A stretch of 64,000 nt of DNA from Adineta vaga (GCA_021613535.1 CP075492.1:11408001-11472000), one strand, 5' to 3'; numbered from the stretch's first letter, positions 27,001 through 41,123 are shown. A program made the numbers and translations. The notes: generated by a model not told the origin, from the sequence alone.

Positions 27001-30000
27001 TGGAATTCCAAATCCGAAAAAAGCTTTAACTGATCTTGGACAGAAACTATCCGAAATCGATATTACGGAACATACATTTGGAGAAATACTACGTATTTAC
27101 ATTCGAGAACGAAATGGATTTGATGATAAATTAACTCAAAGTCTATCAGATACATCATTTCAAACATTAATTGCCGATGAAAAAGCGGAGATTTTAGCAT
27201 TTTTATGTAATGATTTATCAACAAATAAACAAGTTGTTGAGTAAGTATTATTACAATTGTGAATTTCATGATGAAAATGTTATTGTTTTTTTTTCTTCAG
27301 AGAAATTGATCGTAATCTTGACGAAGTAACCGGTTTAAAACATGAAAAATTAGAAATTGAAAAACGTTTACGACGATTAAAATTCGAAAAATATAATAAT
27401 AATCCGAATAGTAATCCAAATGTGAAGAAAATGGCGACATTAATTCGAGAAAAAGACATGAACAGTTCTGATAATGAAAGTCCAGATGAAAGTGATGGTG
27501 GTATGTTTCGTCTTTTTTTTAAAGAAATCAAATTTCAGTTCCATTTTTGTTTTAGAATCCACTAAAAATGAAGATGAAACATCGATAACGAATGATCCGG
27601 CGACCATAACAGCCGATGATCAAGATATTGAAACACTTGATGAAACAAAAATCGATGATTTAGACAAACGTCTTGCTCTTGTTACACGTAAATATACTCT
27701 GATTAAACGTCGTGTTATCGATAAACAATGTCGTATACGTGCACTCCATCTTGGACAAGATCGATATCGTCGACGATATTGGTACTTTTCACATTTACCA
27801 GGAATTTATATTGAAGGTCTCTCATCGGGTGATATATCCGCAGATAATATTCTAAATATCGTGGAAAATGTTACGAAACAAAAACTTGATAATAAACCAG
27901 CAACGACTGGAAATGAATGTAATTCATCGTCACGTTCAGCTCAACGTAAAAAGCAACAGCAAACAAGAGTAACAAATGTCGTATCACCACCACCACCAAC
28001 ACCATCGACAACTTCCGTTAATGCTGTCGAACAATCTACTCCGATTGAATCGAGTATAATCAAAACTGAAACAAATGATAATGACGAAGAAGAAAAACAA
28101 CAAGAACAAGAACAAGAACAACAATCGGAAACCACAACTAATGTCACAGAAGATCTTGCGACAATGGATTTATCAGCTTTTTGTATGGCAGTACAACGAG
28201 ATAATGATGAACAACAGGAACCTACAGTCATCATTGAAGAAAAGTTCGCTACGAATGGGTATGTTCAGATATTTGAAGAAATCTTTATCGAAAAAAAAAC
28301 TTGTCTTTAGAACATCGAATGAGATAGAAATCAAAGCAGAACCGAGTGATGAACAAAATGGTAAACGTGAAGTAACAGACACGGCTGATGATAATCTTCC
28401 ACTTGATCTTTCATGTTCAAAATCGAAACGTTCATGTCAAGATGATTATTGGACGAATCAACATAAACAAACAATTTATCCTTTAACAACAAATTCCGAT
28501 CAATTTCAAGAATTAAATGATCTTGCTACAACTGCAATGTTGTTAAATAATATTAAACAAGAACAATCAAATCATGATACAGCGAAAAATATTCTCGATT
28601 TTACCAATACTAATTTACAAAATCTCATTTCAAATCAATTCATGTCATCCTATAATTTCTCTTCGCCAATTAAACAAGAAACATCAAATGTCGATTTTAA
28701 ACAAATTGAACAATCAATACGAGAAAAATATCAATATCCACAACCATTACCTATTCCCGATGGTAAGTGATTTGAAACTATCTACCATTCAAATTAATTT
28801 CTTTCATTTAGATGTTCAATCTGGTTGGTGGTTTATTCAAACACCGGAAGAATTACGTACTCTAATTAAATCTCTTGCTAAACGTGGTCAACGTGAAAGA
28901 TATTTATGTCGAATGCTTCAACGTTATTCTGATGTTATTATTAATTCGATGACAAATATGAAACCTGAAAATTCTTCGCTATTGACAGAAACTGAAACTG
29001 AAACTGAAACTGATGATCAACAACAAATACAAAACTCGAATGATTTTACTGAAAATGAAAATCTGAATTTTGATGACACACATGAAATGGATGTCCTAAA
29101 TGAAATCTATAATTTATCTGATCGTATTATTGCATCGAGTCTTCATTGTCGTTCATATGATATTAATTCCACACGGAAACGATTAACATATTCGGATATT
29201 CAAGCTAAAGGTTCAGATATTCTTGATGAAGCAAAACATTTATTAGCAGAAATTGAACGAAATATTGAACGACGTTATTTAAAACATCCATTCGTTCGTA
29301 AATATGAATTAAATCTTTCGTCATTGAATCGCATCAATCAAAATAGTACATATCATCATACATTAGAAAATTCTACCAATGAAATTGTATCATCATCAAA
29401 ATTCGATGAAGTACCACAACAACTCGAACGTTGGAGACGAACTGTTAATGAATCACGCACACCAGCACAATTAGCATTATGTTTAACCCAATTAGAACGT
29501 TGTATTGCATGGGAAAGATCAATTATGAGAGTATATTGTGAAATATGTAATTCAGATGTTGATGAAGAAAAACTATTGTTATGCGATGGTTGTGATCATG
29601 GTACACATACGTATTGTTTCATTCCACCCATGTCATTTATACCACCAAATGATTGGTAAGATGAAAGAAATGAAGTTGTTTTGTAAGAAGAATTCATCAT
29701 TTTCTCTCCAATGATTTAGGTATTGTTATGTTTGTATTGGCAAAGCGAAAGGTGAAAATCTATGTTTTGTATGTGGAAATAAAGGCGATACACAACTGAA
29801 TCGATGTGAACATTGTGGAAAATTATTTCATGAAGAATGTTTAAAAAATGCAAAACAACAACGAGGAAAATGGTTATGTGTCTTATGTTCAGCTAATGAT
29901 AGTACTGCTTTAATTGCTAGTTTAACTGCTGGAACAAATAATACGAAATGGGTATGTATGAAATGGTATTCAATTTTTTATTAAAACAAATTTTCTTCTT

Positions 30001-30836
30001 ATCTTTTAGCAAATGGGTCGTCAAACATCACGCTCAACTAATACATCAGCAAATGCAACACAAAATTCGACATTAAAATCTCGTCAACCATCGATTACTT
30101 CAACGACTTCTCTCATTAATATAAATGGCGATTCAAATAATAATTCGTCTACATCTAATCGTAATCGATCGACTAATAATAACAATAATAATCGTAAATC
30201 GAAAGCACGAAATAGTATACATAATCTTGAAAGTTCCATTCTCCAAGAATCACATTCAAATTCTTCTCATGCTGATGCAATAACCATGAGTAGTTTGAAT
30301 GAATCATCATCAATGCAATCACCATCTAATACCGGTGATATCGATGATGATGATGATGACGATGACAATATTCCATCCCCAACATTAGGTGGTACAAATA
30401 ATAATAACAATTCTTCGAAGAAAAAACCATCTCGAAAATCGAAATCTAATACTGATAATAATGATATCAAAGCTTGCAGGTAAATTTTTGAAAGAAATAT
30501 CTTTCTTCCTTGCAAAATACAATTCTCTGGGTTTTTTTTCGCAGAAATATTCTTAATGAATTATTAAAGAATGATGCATCATGGCCATTTCAAACGGCTG
30601 TTGATCCTAAACAACATCCGGAATATTATGAATGTATAAAAACTCCGATGGATTTTACGACAATGAAGAGAAAAATGCGTAATCATCAATATACAAAACG
30701 CGAAGATTTTTTTCATGATGTAAATTTAATCTTAAATAATTGTGAATATTATAATGAAGATGATAGTCCAGTTGGTGAAGCTGGTCATGCTTTACGGACA
30801 TTTTTTGAAACAAGATGGGCAAAACAATTCGGTTAA
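24099..30836 (+). CDS. BAZ2B: BAZ2/TIP5/toutatis-type chromatin remodelling subunit (MBD, DDT, WHIM/WSD, tandem PHD, bromodomain)
   Basis: MBD: RIPLNRGWKR...GDVSYYAPCGRKLRSFQEIDRYL. DDT: FANCLMIIEFLNNY. WHIM: EKAEILAFLCNDL. WSD: LGQDRYRRRYW. WERSIMRVYCEIC...LLLCDGCDHGTHTYC PHD; second PHD at about 29760-29890. Bromodomain SWPFQTAVD...YYECIKTPMDF...NCEYYNEDDS. Confidence 0.92.
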
Positions 30837-31396
30837 AATATTTCCCTTTTTCTTTGTACGTGCCATTGTAAATACGACCAATGGATTTTTGTTGAATCTC
30901 CTTTTCTTTCTTTGACCAGAATGAAACAAAAACAAAAAACAAGAATATAATCCAGAAAAAATGATTGTTTATTATTCTATTGTATGTATATCTCAGATAA
31001 AAAAACAAAATTGATGCGTTTTTTGTTCTTGAGGTCAAGTAAAACAAATATAATGAGGATCTTTTCTTTCTCTATGCTTCTCTCCTTTCTTCTCTTATTT
31101 ACTGTTGTTTTCTTTTTTCTTTTGTCATTACACAGTATTTTGTTGTAAATCATCATCTATCTTGTCAGATCGTCAATGTTTTGTTTGTATGTGTGTGTCT
31201 AGTTGAACAAATAATAATAACAACTGTGTGGTGGACAAATGACGAAATGAAATACATTTAATTACTTTACTTCAAACTTGACTGCTTCTAATTCGTTTAT
31301 AGACGAAATAGACTGTTCATTCATATTTATTTCTAATTGAAAAAACAACGACTCGAACAAACGAATAGCACATCGAAACGAAAATCTGTTCTTTTT

Positions 31397-32893
31397 TTAA
31401 TGTGTTATTACACAACTAATATCCTTTCGTTTAACTTCAATTAATCGAAAATGTTGAGCTTGATCTCTGTCTACTGTGCATGCACATAAATGAGATGAGA
31501 TATTACTAATATAAAAAGATTCCGTCGATAAACGTGTTTGTAAAATGAATGTTGAATTTGTTTCAATACATTTCGTTGCATTATCAATTTGAATGAGTTT
31601 TAAATAGCGATTTACTTGTTCCATACTGTATTTCATTCGAAAATATTTAGCATCAGATAAATAAAATTCCGGTTGATAACCATCAATTAATATAATATAT
31701 TGTTCAGATTTTAAACAACGATGACGACGTGGTGTACCATTATTTGTTAGAATAAATAGTGAAGCTGTTTCATTTGATGAATTTCCAATAAGAACATCAC
31801 GATCTGATATAATAATGGGTAGATTTTCATCAACTGTTACTAGTTGTACATATGTTAACACACCTGATGGTCTTTGTGGCCATTTGATTTTACTTAGATT
31901 AAAAAATCCAACAATTGGATAATGATCAGAAAGTTCCATCAATGGAATATTTCGTGTATTATAAAACATTCGATTTCTACCAAGTGCATGCCATTGTTCC
32001 GAAGCCATTCGATCAATAATAAGATTATACCAAAGTATTGAATCATTTGGTGCATGATCTTTATAGATAAATATATAATCTAATAATTGATTTTCTTGAT
32101 GTGTTGTTGTTGTTGTCATTGCATTAAATGAACTATCCCACGTACATAGAAGACTTGAGGGATATAAATATTGTTGTTTAACTCGTAAAATATCAATCAT
32201 ATTTTCATATTGTTCAGTATTATATTTATCAACATTGAAATCACCAAGAAAGAAAATCAATTCATTCTTCGAAATATTTCTTTCATCAAGAAAACCAGTT
32301 ATTTCTTGCATTTGTTTTTCACGTACTTCAATTTCACTTGATAAATAACATCCATGATGATCACTCGGTTGTAAATGTGTACCAATGATATGTACAGGAA
32401 TTTCATTTTTACCATAGATTATTCGTATATAGATAAAACCGCTTCGTACAAATGTATGTCCACTACATGTATTTCGATAAAAATATTGTACAGCATGCAT
32501 TATGGGCCATTTACTCAGTAGTGTTACACCGCCACTAACAAATTTCAATGAACTTCGACCAATTTCACGATTCCATGTTTCATCCCAATGATCGTCATCA
32601 TCTTGGTTGCCTAATATCGGCGTACTGTATGGATAGGTATCTACAAGCGAATCCAAGAGAATTTGACTTGGTTTAGGTTGAAACACTTCTTGTAAACAAA
32701 GAATATCATTTGAACGAATAAATTTTGATTTTGCTAATAAACGAGCTCGAGTTATTTGATCACGTTCTAATACTAATAAACTTGGTACAAACATTACATT
32801 ATAACTCATTAAAATAATTTGATTAACATCATCATCATCATCATCATGAGCTTTGCAATGAATCAAGAGAACAAGTAATAGAAATAGTTTCAT
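31397..32893 (-). CDS. Secreted bacterial-type neutral sphingomyelinase C (EEP/DNase I fold) with C-terminal extension, intronless
   Basis: Signal peptide. Motifs SYNVMF, CLQEVF, YPYSTPILG, WDET, GGVTLLSKWPI, HIIGTHLQ, GDFNVD, TWD..FN, LLDYIF, SDHYPI follow the order and spacing of Bacillus/Staphylococcus/Leptospira SMases. Confidence 0.9.
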   Translation of the reverse strand: MKLFLLLVLLIHCKAHDDDDDDVNQIILMSYNVMFVPSLLVLERDQITRARLLAKSKFIRSNDILCLQEVFQPKPSQILLDSLVDTYPYSTPILGNQDDDDHWDETWNREIGRSSLKFVSGGVTLLSKWPIMHAVQYFYRNTCSGHTFVRSGFIYIRIIYGKNEIPVHIIGTHLQPSDHHGCYLSSEIEVREKQMQEITGFLDERNISKNELIFFLGDFNVDKYNTEQYENMIDILRVKQQYLYPSSLLCTWDSSFNAMTTTTTHQENQLLDYIFIYKDHAPNDSILWYNLIIDRMASEQWHALGRNRMFYNTRNIPLMELSDHYPIVGFFNLSKIKWPQRPSGVLTYVQLVTVDENLPIIISDRDVLIGNSSNETASLFILTNNGTPRRHRCLKSEQYIILIDGYQPEFYLSDAKYFRMKYSMEQVNRYLKLIQIDNATKCIETNSTFILQTRLSTESFYISNISSHLCACTVDRDQAQHFRLIEVKRKDISCVITH

Positions 32894-33099
32894 GTTTAAA
32901 AATGTAAGAAATTCGAATCGTATTTCGATTCTCTTTTCTTATCAAGTGATATTTTGAAAAATGATTCCTTTTCTTCTCTGTTGAATAGCGACATCGACCG
33001 TTGTTTGACTTTTCGTTATTTGTATTTTACCAGTCAAGCAATAATGGATAAAGAACAATATATTTCTCTTCTAGTCTATTCAAAATTCTTCTTCCGTTC

Positions 33100-34672
33100 A
33101 TGTCTGATTTATCAACGAATTCATCATTATCATACGATTATTCATATGAAAAAGTTATTAGAGATTTAGATCGATGGCATATCAACATAGTCGCGAAACT
33201 TGATCAAATATCGAATGATATTCATTTAGATATGAGTACAACATTTGATAATGTTCATTATTTCGCTTCATTTACTAAAACACTTCTTATCGAATATGAA
33301 AATCAATTGAGTCGAGCAACAACAAATGAACAAATAGATATGATCGAAGAACGAATCAATCATATTCTTGCTGAAGTTCAACATTTACAATGTAAATAAG
33401 ATATTTAATAACTAAAAACGAGTCTTTTTCTCTATTTTTGTAGTATTATCTTTTCAATTGAATTGTCAATCAGTTCAATTAATTGGTAAACTTCAAATAA
33501 AATATAATAATATTGAACTTCAATTAATGGATTCATCATGGATTTTAAGTTTATATCGAACAATATCTGATTATTCGATAAAGAATAAACAAATGATTTT
33601 ATCAAATAATAATTATCGTTTTCTTATTTCACGACATGACGCAATTCAACTGGATAAAATTTCTCTTTCTAATCTTCATTTAACATCATTTGATAATACA
33701 TGGATCGATGAATGTGTGTTAACCTTTAATGTATCTAATCTTGATACATTTCTTCATGCATTTACATCCTATTGGAATCATTTTCCACAGAACAAAACAA
33801 TTCGTTTACTATTACCTTTATTCAAACTTTCACTTGTCATGGATACAACAGACGAAAGATTCGATTATTTTAGGAAACGTTTTCAATTGGATGAAATGAG
33901 AATTTTTCCAGATTTTTGTCCGAAATCAGATGAAAAAATTCTACTATTTCGTGGTAAACGACGTGATCATCTTCAAGATTGTATTGAAGAGATTTTTTAT
34001 AATATCGAAGAGAAAAATGAACAAATTTCTTCGAAACAAAAGATACGACTTTACAATCCAGCGAGTTTATCAATTAATGATATTGTACGAAGAGATTTGA
34101 ATTATGGTGGTTTTATATCCAATCAGAATAGAAATCGTTCGCATGAAACAGATGATGAAGAGTAATGATTAGAGACTTTTCTTCGAAAAATATTAAATGT
34201 TTTTGATTAATTTTTAGAAGTAGTGATGAAGATCTTTGGAATGAAAATGATGAATGGTGGACTTGTCAATCAAATCGAGATAATCGAACGGAAATTATTC
34301 AACGAGAAATGAGTGTTACTAATATACAAGCTGGAGTTATCATTGGTAAATCAATCGTTTATCTGTTATGAAGAAAAAAACAATTTTTAAGTTTTCTTCA
34401 GGTTTAAATGCTTTACGTATTGATCGAATTAAACAAAAAACGGGAGCATATATTTATATCAATGGTGATATGAAAGATCTTAAACGAACTGTAAGATTTC
34501 TTTAAAAGAATTTCATTCGTATCTTTTCTTTATTCTATAGGTATTTATGAAAGGTACTTATGAACAAACAGATCGTGCCTATGTTTGTATTGAAAATCTT
34601 CTTGAAAGACATAAAAATGGTGAATTATCATTAAAATCACCATATTTCCCTGACAAATATAAAAGCAAATAA
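33100..34672 (+). CDS. Divergent KH-domain protein (hnRNP K-like KH2/KH3) with N-terminal helical region
   Basis: IRLLLP...MRIFPDFCPKSDEKILLFRG...DCIEEIF...LYNP...LNYGGF resembles hnRNP K KH2 and its linker. IIQREMSVTNIQAGVIIGLNALRIDRIKQKTGAYIYI...RTVFMKGTYEQTDRA is a KH3-like repeat. Stop 34670-34672. Confidence 0.65.
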
Positions 34673-35157
34673 GATCCTACGAATGATTATATCTATCTAT
34701 CTAGTCATTTTGTTTTTATTAATGTTTGTTTTCTTTAAATAATTTGTATGCATTCATTCGATTTTATTTCATTCGTATTCAAATTAATCTATAAATCTCA
34801 TTGACATTCTCAATGATATCAAGGATTAAACCTTTTATTATCATTTGTTCGTGTCAACAAAGACACCAAACAGTATAATGTCTAATCGTACAATCAATCA
34901 TTTGAATTACCAACTAATACGTATATCCATTATATCTTTTATTTTCTTCTCCTTCGTTCATACCTATCGCAATGAGTGTTGACCCTCACGCTTCACGATT
35001 CGATGTCGGAGAACTAAACGAAGAAAATTATATAATGAACATCAATTATATATATATGTCTTTACCTATACATTTATCCCTTTTATTTTGCTTCTTATCG
35101 AACAAAGACATCGAAATATATATTCAAAGCGGTAAGAGATACCAATTAAATTAAACT

Positions 35158-36076
35158 ATGCTTACAACTGCGCATTATACGAATCGACATAGAAAATCTC
35201 AAATGAATCAACAATATTGGATTGATTATCATAATATACAAATTCCATGGTTAAATTTTCTAACATCTCAATCAATTCCTGAAGAAACAGATACATCGGA
35301 ATGTTTCCAACAGTATCGTACGAACAGTGAAAGTTCCCTATCATCAGATGAAGAATGTTATATTGTACTTGAAGTACCGAAACCTCGTTTAAATAATGAA
35401 ATTAATCAACAATTAAACTATGCTCAAATCAATGAATATGAACAATGTGTTCAATCAGAGATTATCGATGTAATAGAAATCAACACAAAGATTAATTCAG
35501 CAGAGAAATACAAATTATTTTTTCTTTCTTTCTCTCTAGATACCTTCGAAAGAACAACAGGTCATTGAACATCAATGTGAAGAAATCAATGACAATGAAA
35601 AAGTTATTCAAAGAACAAACCATATTCTTTTTCATATACCACAAAAATTTGATAAATTCATTTCAGTATCTGATGAAGATTTTAGTAGTCTGACGAATGA
35701 AAAAAACCAAACATCGAATAAACTCATAATAGAAACAAAGATATTAAAACGTATATTTACATATGATGATAGTTCAATTGAAAAATATCATCGAGTTAAA
35801 GAACAAAAACGTTATCATATAGATATCAAATCGAATTCGTCGATATCAAAATCATCGAAATTATTTCGTTCAATTAAAGATCGAACACGACATATGAAAA
35901 ACAAATATACATTTTCTACTAAACAAATCAAGTCTAATGAACCAGAATTACTTCATGTGAAATATCTTGATGGTAGACCTAGTCTAATCGATCCCGATTT
36001 CGACCAATCAGATAATATTTGTAATTCTCAACGTAAACAAATATTTCATCATTTTCGAAAACTTTTTTTTAAATAA
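35158..36076 (+). CDS. Hypothetical orphan protein (probable intron 35470-35539)
   Basis: ORFs 35158 and 35894 join in frame via GT 35470...AG 35539 into a ~280-aa hydrophilic protein. No family recognised. Confidence 0.5.
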
Positions 36077-36568
36077 AACTTTCTCTTTATTTATATTTAT
36101 CAAATGTAATTAATTATTTGTCTCTAGGATTGATAAGACTTCGATAATCGATTATCAATGAATTGAATTTATCCTACAAATCGAGGTTAAATCAACATAT
36201 TTTATCAGTAGAAAATATCAATAGTCAATCTGATGTCCTATTCATTTTAAGGTTGATGATTTTATCTGGCTTATGCATTCAATTTCATTAGAAAACTTTT
36301 TTCTTAAAAAAACATCAATAAGACAATATTCTGAAATCATAATTTCCATCAATCATTCTAAAATTTAATGAACATGATTATGTCAAGTTTGAAAAGATAA
36401 TGAATGTTTTGTTTTTTAATTTCACTAAATATGTATATGTTGGAAAAAAATATGTCAATAATAATGACATAAATGTGTTTGTATGAAAAATGTAAGTACA
36501 AACAACAGTAAAGGTAATATATTCACAGTTATGAATGGAGAACATAATTAATACAAAAAGAAAAATGA

Positions 36569-39500
36569 CTATTTACGAAGTTTTCTATATGTTCCATTTG
36601 TATTTGTTGATGGCATAGATGAATTCGGTTCGATAGTTGATCGTTGTCGAGGAGATATTGGCAAATATCGATCATCAGACAGAGATATTCCCCCATTTGA
36701 TTTTCTCATTCGATGAGAAAATGATTCTTGTAGATTAATAAATTTCGTTGTATTGATCAATGGAATACTAACTGTTTGATTAGGTTCGAAAGATTTCGAA
36801 CTTATTGTTAATTCTAAACTTGTTAAACGATCTTGAAGAGCTCGTTGTTGTTTTATATAATCCATTAAAGCTAAATGAGCAAAAAGATATTGATCTTCAG
36901 TTTGAACGCTACCTGAACGTTCATGTCTCATTTTAACAACTGTCGATGGTATATCAATAAGTTTTTCGTCTAAATATCGTTTAATACCAATATCAATCGC
37001 ACAAAATGTTCCCGTACGTCCAATACCAGCTGAACAATGAAGAAGAATTGGTGCAGTTGTTTTCATTAATTGCTTATAATATTCAACTTTTTCAAGAAAT
37101 AACAATGCATCTTTTGTTCCACTTGGAATACCATGATCAGGCCATTTAAGATAATGTGCATGATAGATCGTTCGTATATCCGAATGATTCTTTTTCTTTA
37201 ATAATAATGTTGTTATAACAAAACTATCGTATTTATCAGATTTTTCATTTTGTATTTGATATAAACCACTATTCAGACATTCGTTTGTTTCTAGTGGCCA
37301 ATAAGGATAACATTTCATCATACCGGATTCACGAATATTAGTTGTCATAACAATAATAGTAATATTTTCTTGCCAAATCATACGCCAAAAATCTTTCACT
37401 GTATTTTGTAATGGTCCTAAAATAGATGTATGTTTAATAAATAAACTTCAATTCAATCTTTTCAAGTTTACCTTGAGTAAATATATATGCTTTCTCTTGA
37501 TTATTATAACCGCTGACATAATTAGCATTGATAAAATCATTTTTATCATCACCATCTGGTTGAAGTTTAACACGAGTAAATTCACCAGGCACAACATCTC
37601 TATAACGAGATTTATCAAGATTTTTTTCATCTCTAAGAAAGATATGTTATTATTCATTTGGAATTTTCAACGAAGAAATTCGATCTTACTTTGCAACATG
37701 TATATCTTTTGCTGGAGGATTTGGCATTTTACGAAATTCTTGTCGAATTTCTGGTTGTGTTTTGGATAGAAATTCTGTTTCATTCAATGCTTTATACACA
37801 TTTGTTATTGTTGATCGTTTATTATCACGTTTGAACTCTCGATAGTCATTTCCATTCATAATCAATTTGGTATCAGAATCTTGTTGACCAGGATATACAC
37901 GATAAGTATTATTATCATTACGTTTTATTTGGCTAGAGAGAGAAAAAAAAAAGAGAGATTTTTAATTATCATTCTAGATTAAACTGATTCCATGTTAAAG
38001 GATTAATAGATCTCTAGTTTTAACCTTGAAAGATTATATAGGCAAGTCTATTTTTCTCATTTCTGATTGTATGAAAAGAAAGAGAAAAGTTTTTTTTGCA
38101 TCAGTGTAAAATAGAATGTCGATTATGTAAAAGAACGGCGAATGACATTGATGAAAAAAGGTCTATATATATGTTGTAGTAGATGAACAATGTCAAAAAA
38201 AACGGATAGATATGTATTTATTGTTGAAAAAAGAAAGAAATAGGAAATAGGAGAAACGTAATGAATGAAGCAGAAAAATGAAATGAAAGTTTTGAGCGTA
38301 CAAAGAAGTTAGAAAAACGATGTCGGAGAAAGAAAGAGAGAGAGAGAGGAAAAAAACAGAATGCAGGCATTTTTCATTTCTTTTTATCTTATTTCCTTCT
38401 AGTGACAAGATAAAACTGTAGTTTATGTTGATGACACTTATCAGGCATGGTTAGCTGGCAAGAAGATGAAGAAAAACAACAGAAATACTGATAAAATCTT
38501 CCTACCATAGCGTCATTTATTGATTTTTATATGCGAACTGTCGAGTTTGATATTAATAAATCGACAAAGGACAATATTTAAAGTCTGCTGACATATATTC
38601 GCAGTGATTTCTTTTCTTTTTGTTCTATTATTTTCTTCTCAGCACACCTTCACCCTCACACACGCACATATATCAAGAACACGATGAAAGAAATGAGTTA
38701 TTAAAAATAGACGAAACAGAAAGAAATGAAGTATGTTATGTACTTACTCATCGAGATTCTCTTTTCGAATGGAAGATGAAGAATTAATCATTGGTGATTC
38801 TTCTTGAGAAAGATTGTCATTTGATCGTTGACGTTTATCATTATCACTTGATGATGATGATTCACGTTTTCTTATACGAATTTTTGTTGAACTATCATTA
38901 AGATGTCTTAATGAAACAAGTGTTAAAGATGAAGTTGTTGTTGTCGACGACGACGACGATAAAATTGGTTTTTCTTGATTAAAATTATCCGAATTAACAA
39001 TTAAAATATTATTCGATGATTTTGTTGTTAGTGGTTGATAATCAGTAAAATAATATGCATGACATATGGATTGATTATCTGTAACTTTACTTGAACATAT
39101 TTGATAACGAACATCACCAGTATCGACTGGATCAAATGTACCACCTAATGAAATAGGTATATTATCTAATGTATAACTATATTGATTAATTAGGTATTCA
39201 CGCATTTGATCAATAGAATACAATGTAACCTTGAATAAACAAAAAGTTTGAATTAAAAATGATGTTAATAATCAATAGGCGTGTTAAATATAGTGAATAT
39301 ATGCAGATATACATATGTGCAATGGTGTACAATAACTAACAAATTCTAGGATGCTACTACATGTTCAACTAAGATGAACTATGTGTATATTCTCACCCTA
39401 TCACGAAGCTTTTGACTTAAAAAAATTGCGAGTACCTTATAGACTACTCTGAACCATTTTGGTGCAGAAACAATGAATAGATTTTTCAACATTGCCGGAT

Positions 39501-41123
39501 ATCCACCCTAGTAAATTCAAACAAAATGAATTCAATGAAAGTTAAAATTAAGAAATTACTTGAAGAAGTTTCAATATTTTCTTGCTTAAATTCATATCGA
39601 ATTGTGTCGCTGAACAATTCTGCATATCATAAATAAAGTTCAAACCATTTTGTTGCACTTCCATACTGAACAGAAGAAGAATAAATCGTATGATTTCTTC
39701 TTTCGAAGTTTACCTTTCTGTTGCCACATCTAATTGACAAATTAATGCTTGAAGCGTAATTAATTCTCGTTCTTGTAACGAGAGTGTATTACTGGATGAA
39801 AGATTCTCAAGATTTGATGCGGAAAAAATCACGGTCAATGGTTGATTTAAAATTTGAGGCTATAAATTCAAAGACACAAGATGATCATTATCAGCAACAA
39901 CAGATAGAACTCAAAGGCATACCAATGTAAAAAATTTGTCTGATTGAATTTCACGAATAAGATAAGGATTATTGATCCAAATATGATCAAGATTTTCATT
40001 TTTTCGAAGATTCTTGAAAACATATTCATACACAAATAGATCAATTTTATAGACAAAGAGTTTCTACGAACTTCATGTGTAGTGTACATTTCAATTGCAC
40101 GATTGACATCGAATTTGGATGGAATTAAAAATTTCATCGCAATATTCCATTTAACACGTGCTTCATCTGTTGTTGAATTAATTGGCCAACCCATTCGTCT
40201 AAGGAAATCTTCGACAGTCTAAACGAGAGAAGAGCTTCTTTTCTTTCAATAAAAAATTCAATTGTTGATTACATCAGAAGTATTATAAACTAAAAGCTTA
40301 AGGAAATCCGGTATTAATAGGAGAGTTCTTCTAGTTTCACAATATTGTAGGATATTTTTTTTCTTCTCTTTTAGTTGAATATTTATTAATTCCTAACAAT
40401 TCATCGATGCGAAAAGCCGAAGGGAATCGATTCTATCAGTTTTTAAAATGAAAAATTTTGAGTTTTGATTCCGTATGTCGATCAAATTGGTATTCAAGGA
40501 TATATAACATAATTTGAAGAACTTCTTCAATTATTACATTATATTGTATATACATGTTTCTTTGTTTAATAATACTATTGCTATTGACATTGAATGTCCA
40601 AGAAAGAAAAAAAACTGAAAGATTTCTTTTTGTATTAAAAAGGGTTAGTTGTTTCACTATGCACGCATGTTTGTCTGTCTATACATACATGAGTAGATTG
40701 TGTATAAGAATCGTGATCGGTCAAAACGTCGCTTAATGGACGATATCTAAGGAGATTGACAGGAGCTTTACTATGCGTATGACTACCACTGATAACATTG
40801 CTTGTTTGTCCTCCTGCAACAGCATTTGTCATTGATGATGTTTTAAATGGTTTCATTGCAAATGAACGTATTAAAGAGAAAATATCTGTCGATGCTGAAT
40901 GTCGATTATGAATTGAATTTGACGACGATGATGATGATGTATTAATTTGTGTTGGATATTTCACACGTCGATAACGTGTTGGTGTCGTCATTGTTGATGT
41001 ACCTAACGATGTTGATGTTGCCGATGAAAGACGAATTGTATTTTTTGATAATTTTATGCGTTGTGATTCATAGAGAGAACATTGATTTTGAAAATGATGT
41101 TCGTCGAATACATCAGCGGACAT
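36569..41123 (-). CDS. PTPN9: Non-receptor tyrosine phosphatase 9 (PTP-MEG2; Sec14/CRAL-TRIO plus PTP)
   Basis: VKWNIAMKFLIPSKFDVNRAIEMY; QQNGLNFIYDMQN; LLQGGYPAMLKNLFIVSAPKWF; IPISLGGTF. PTP motifs KSRYRDV, DFWRMIWQE, KCYPYWP, WPDHG, HCSAGIGRTG, VQTEDQY. First exon 41123 to about 40689 splices in frame. Confidence 0.9.
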
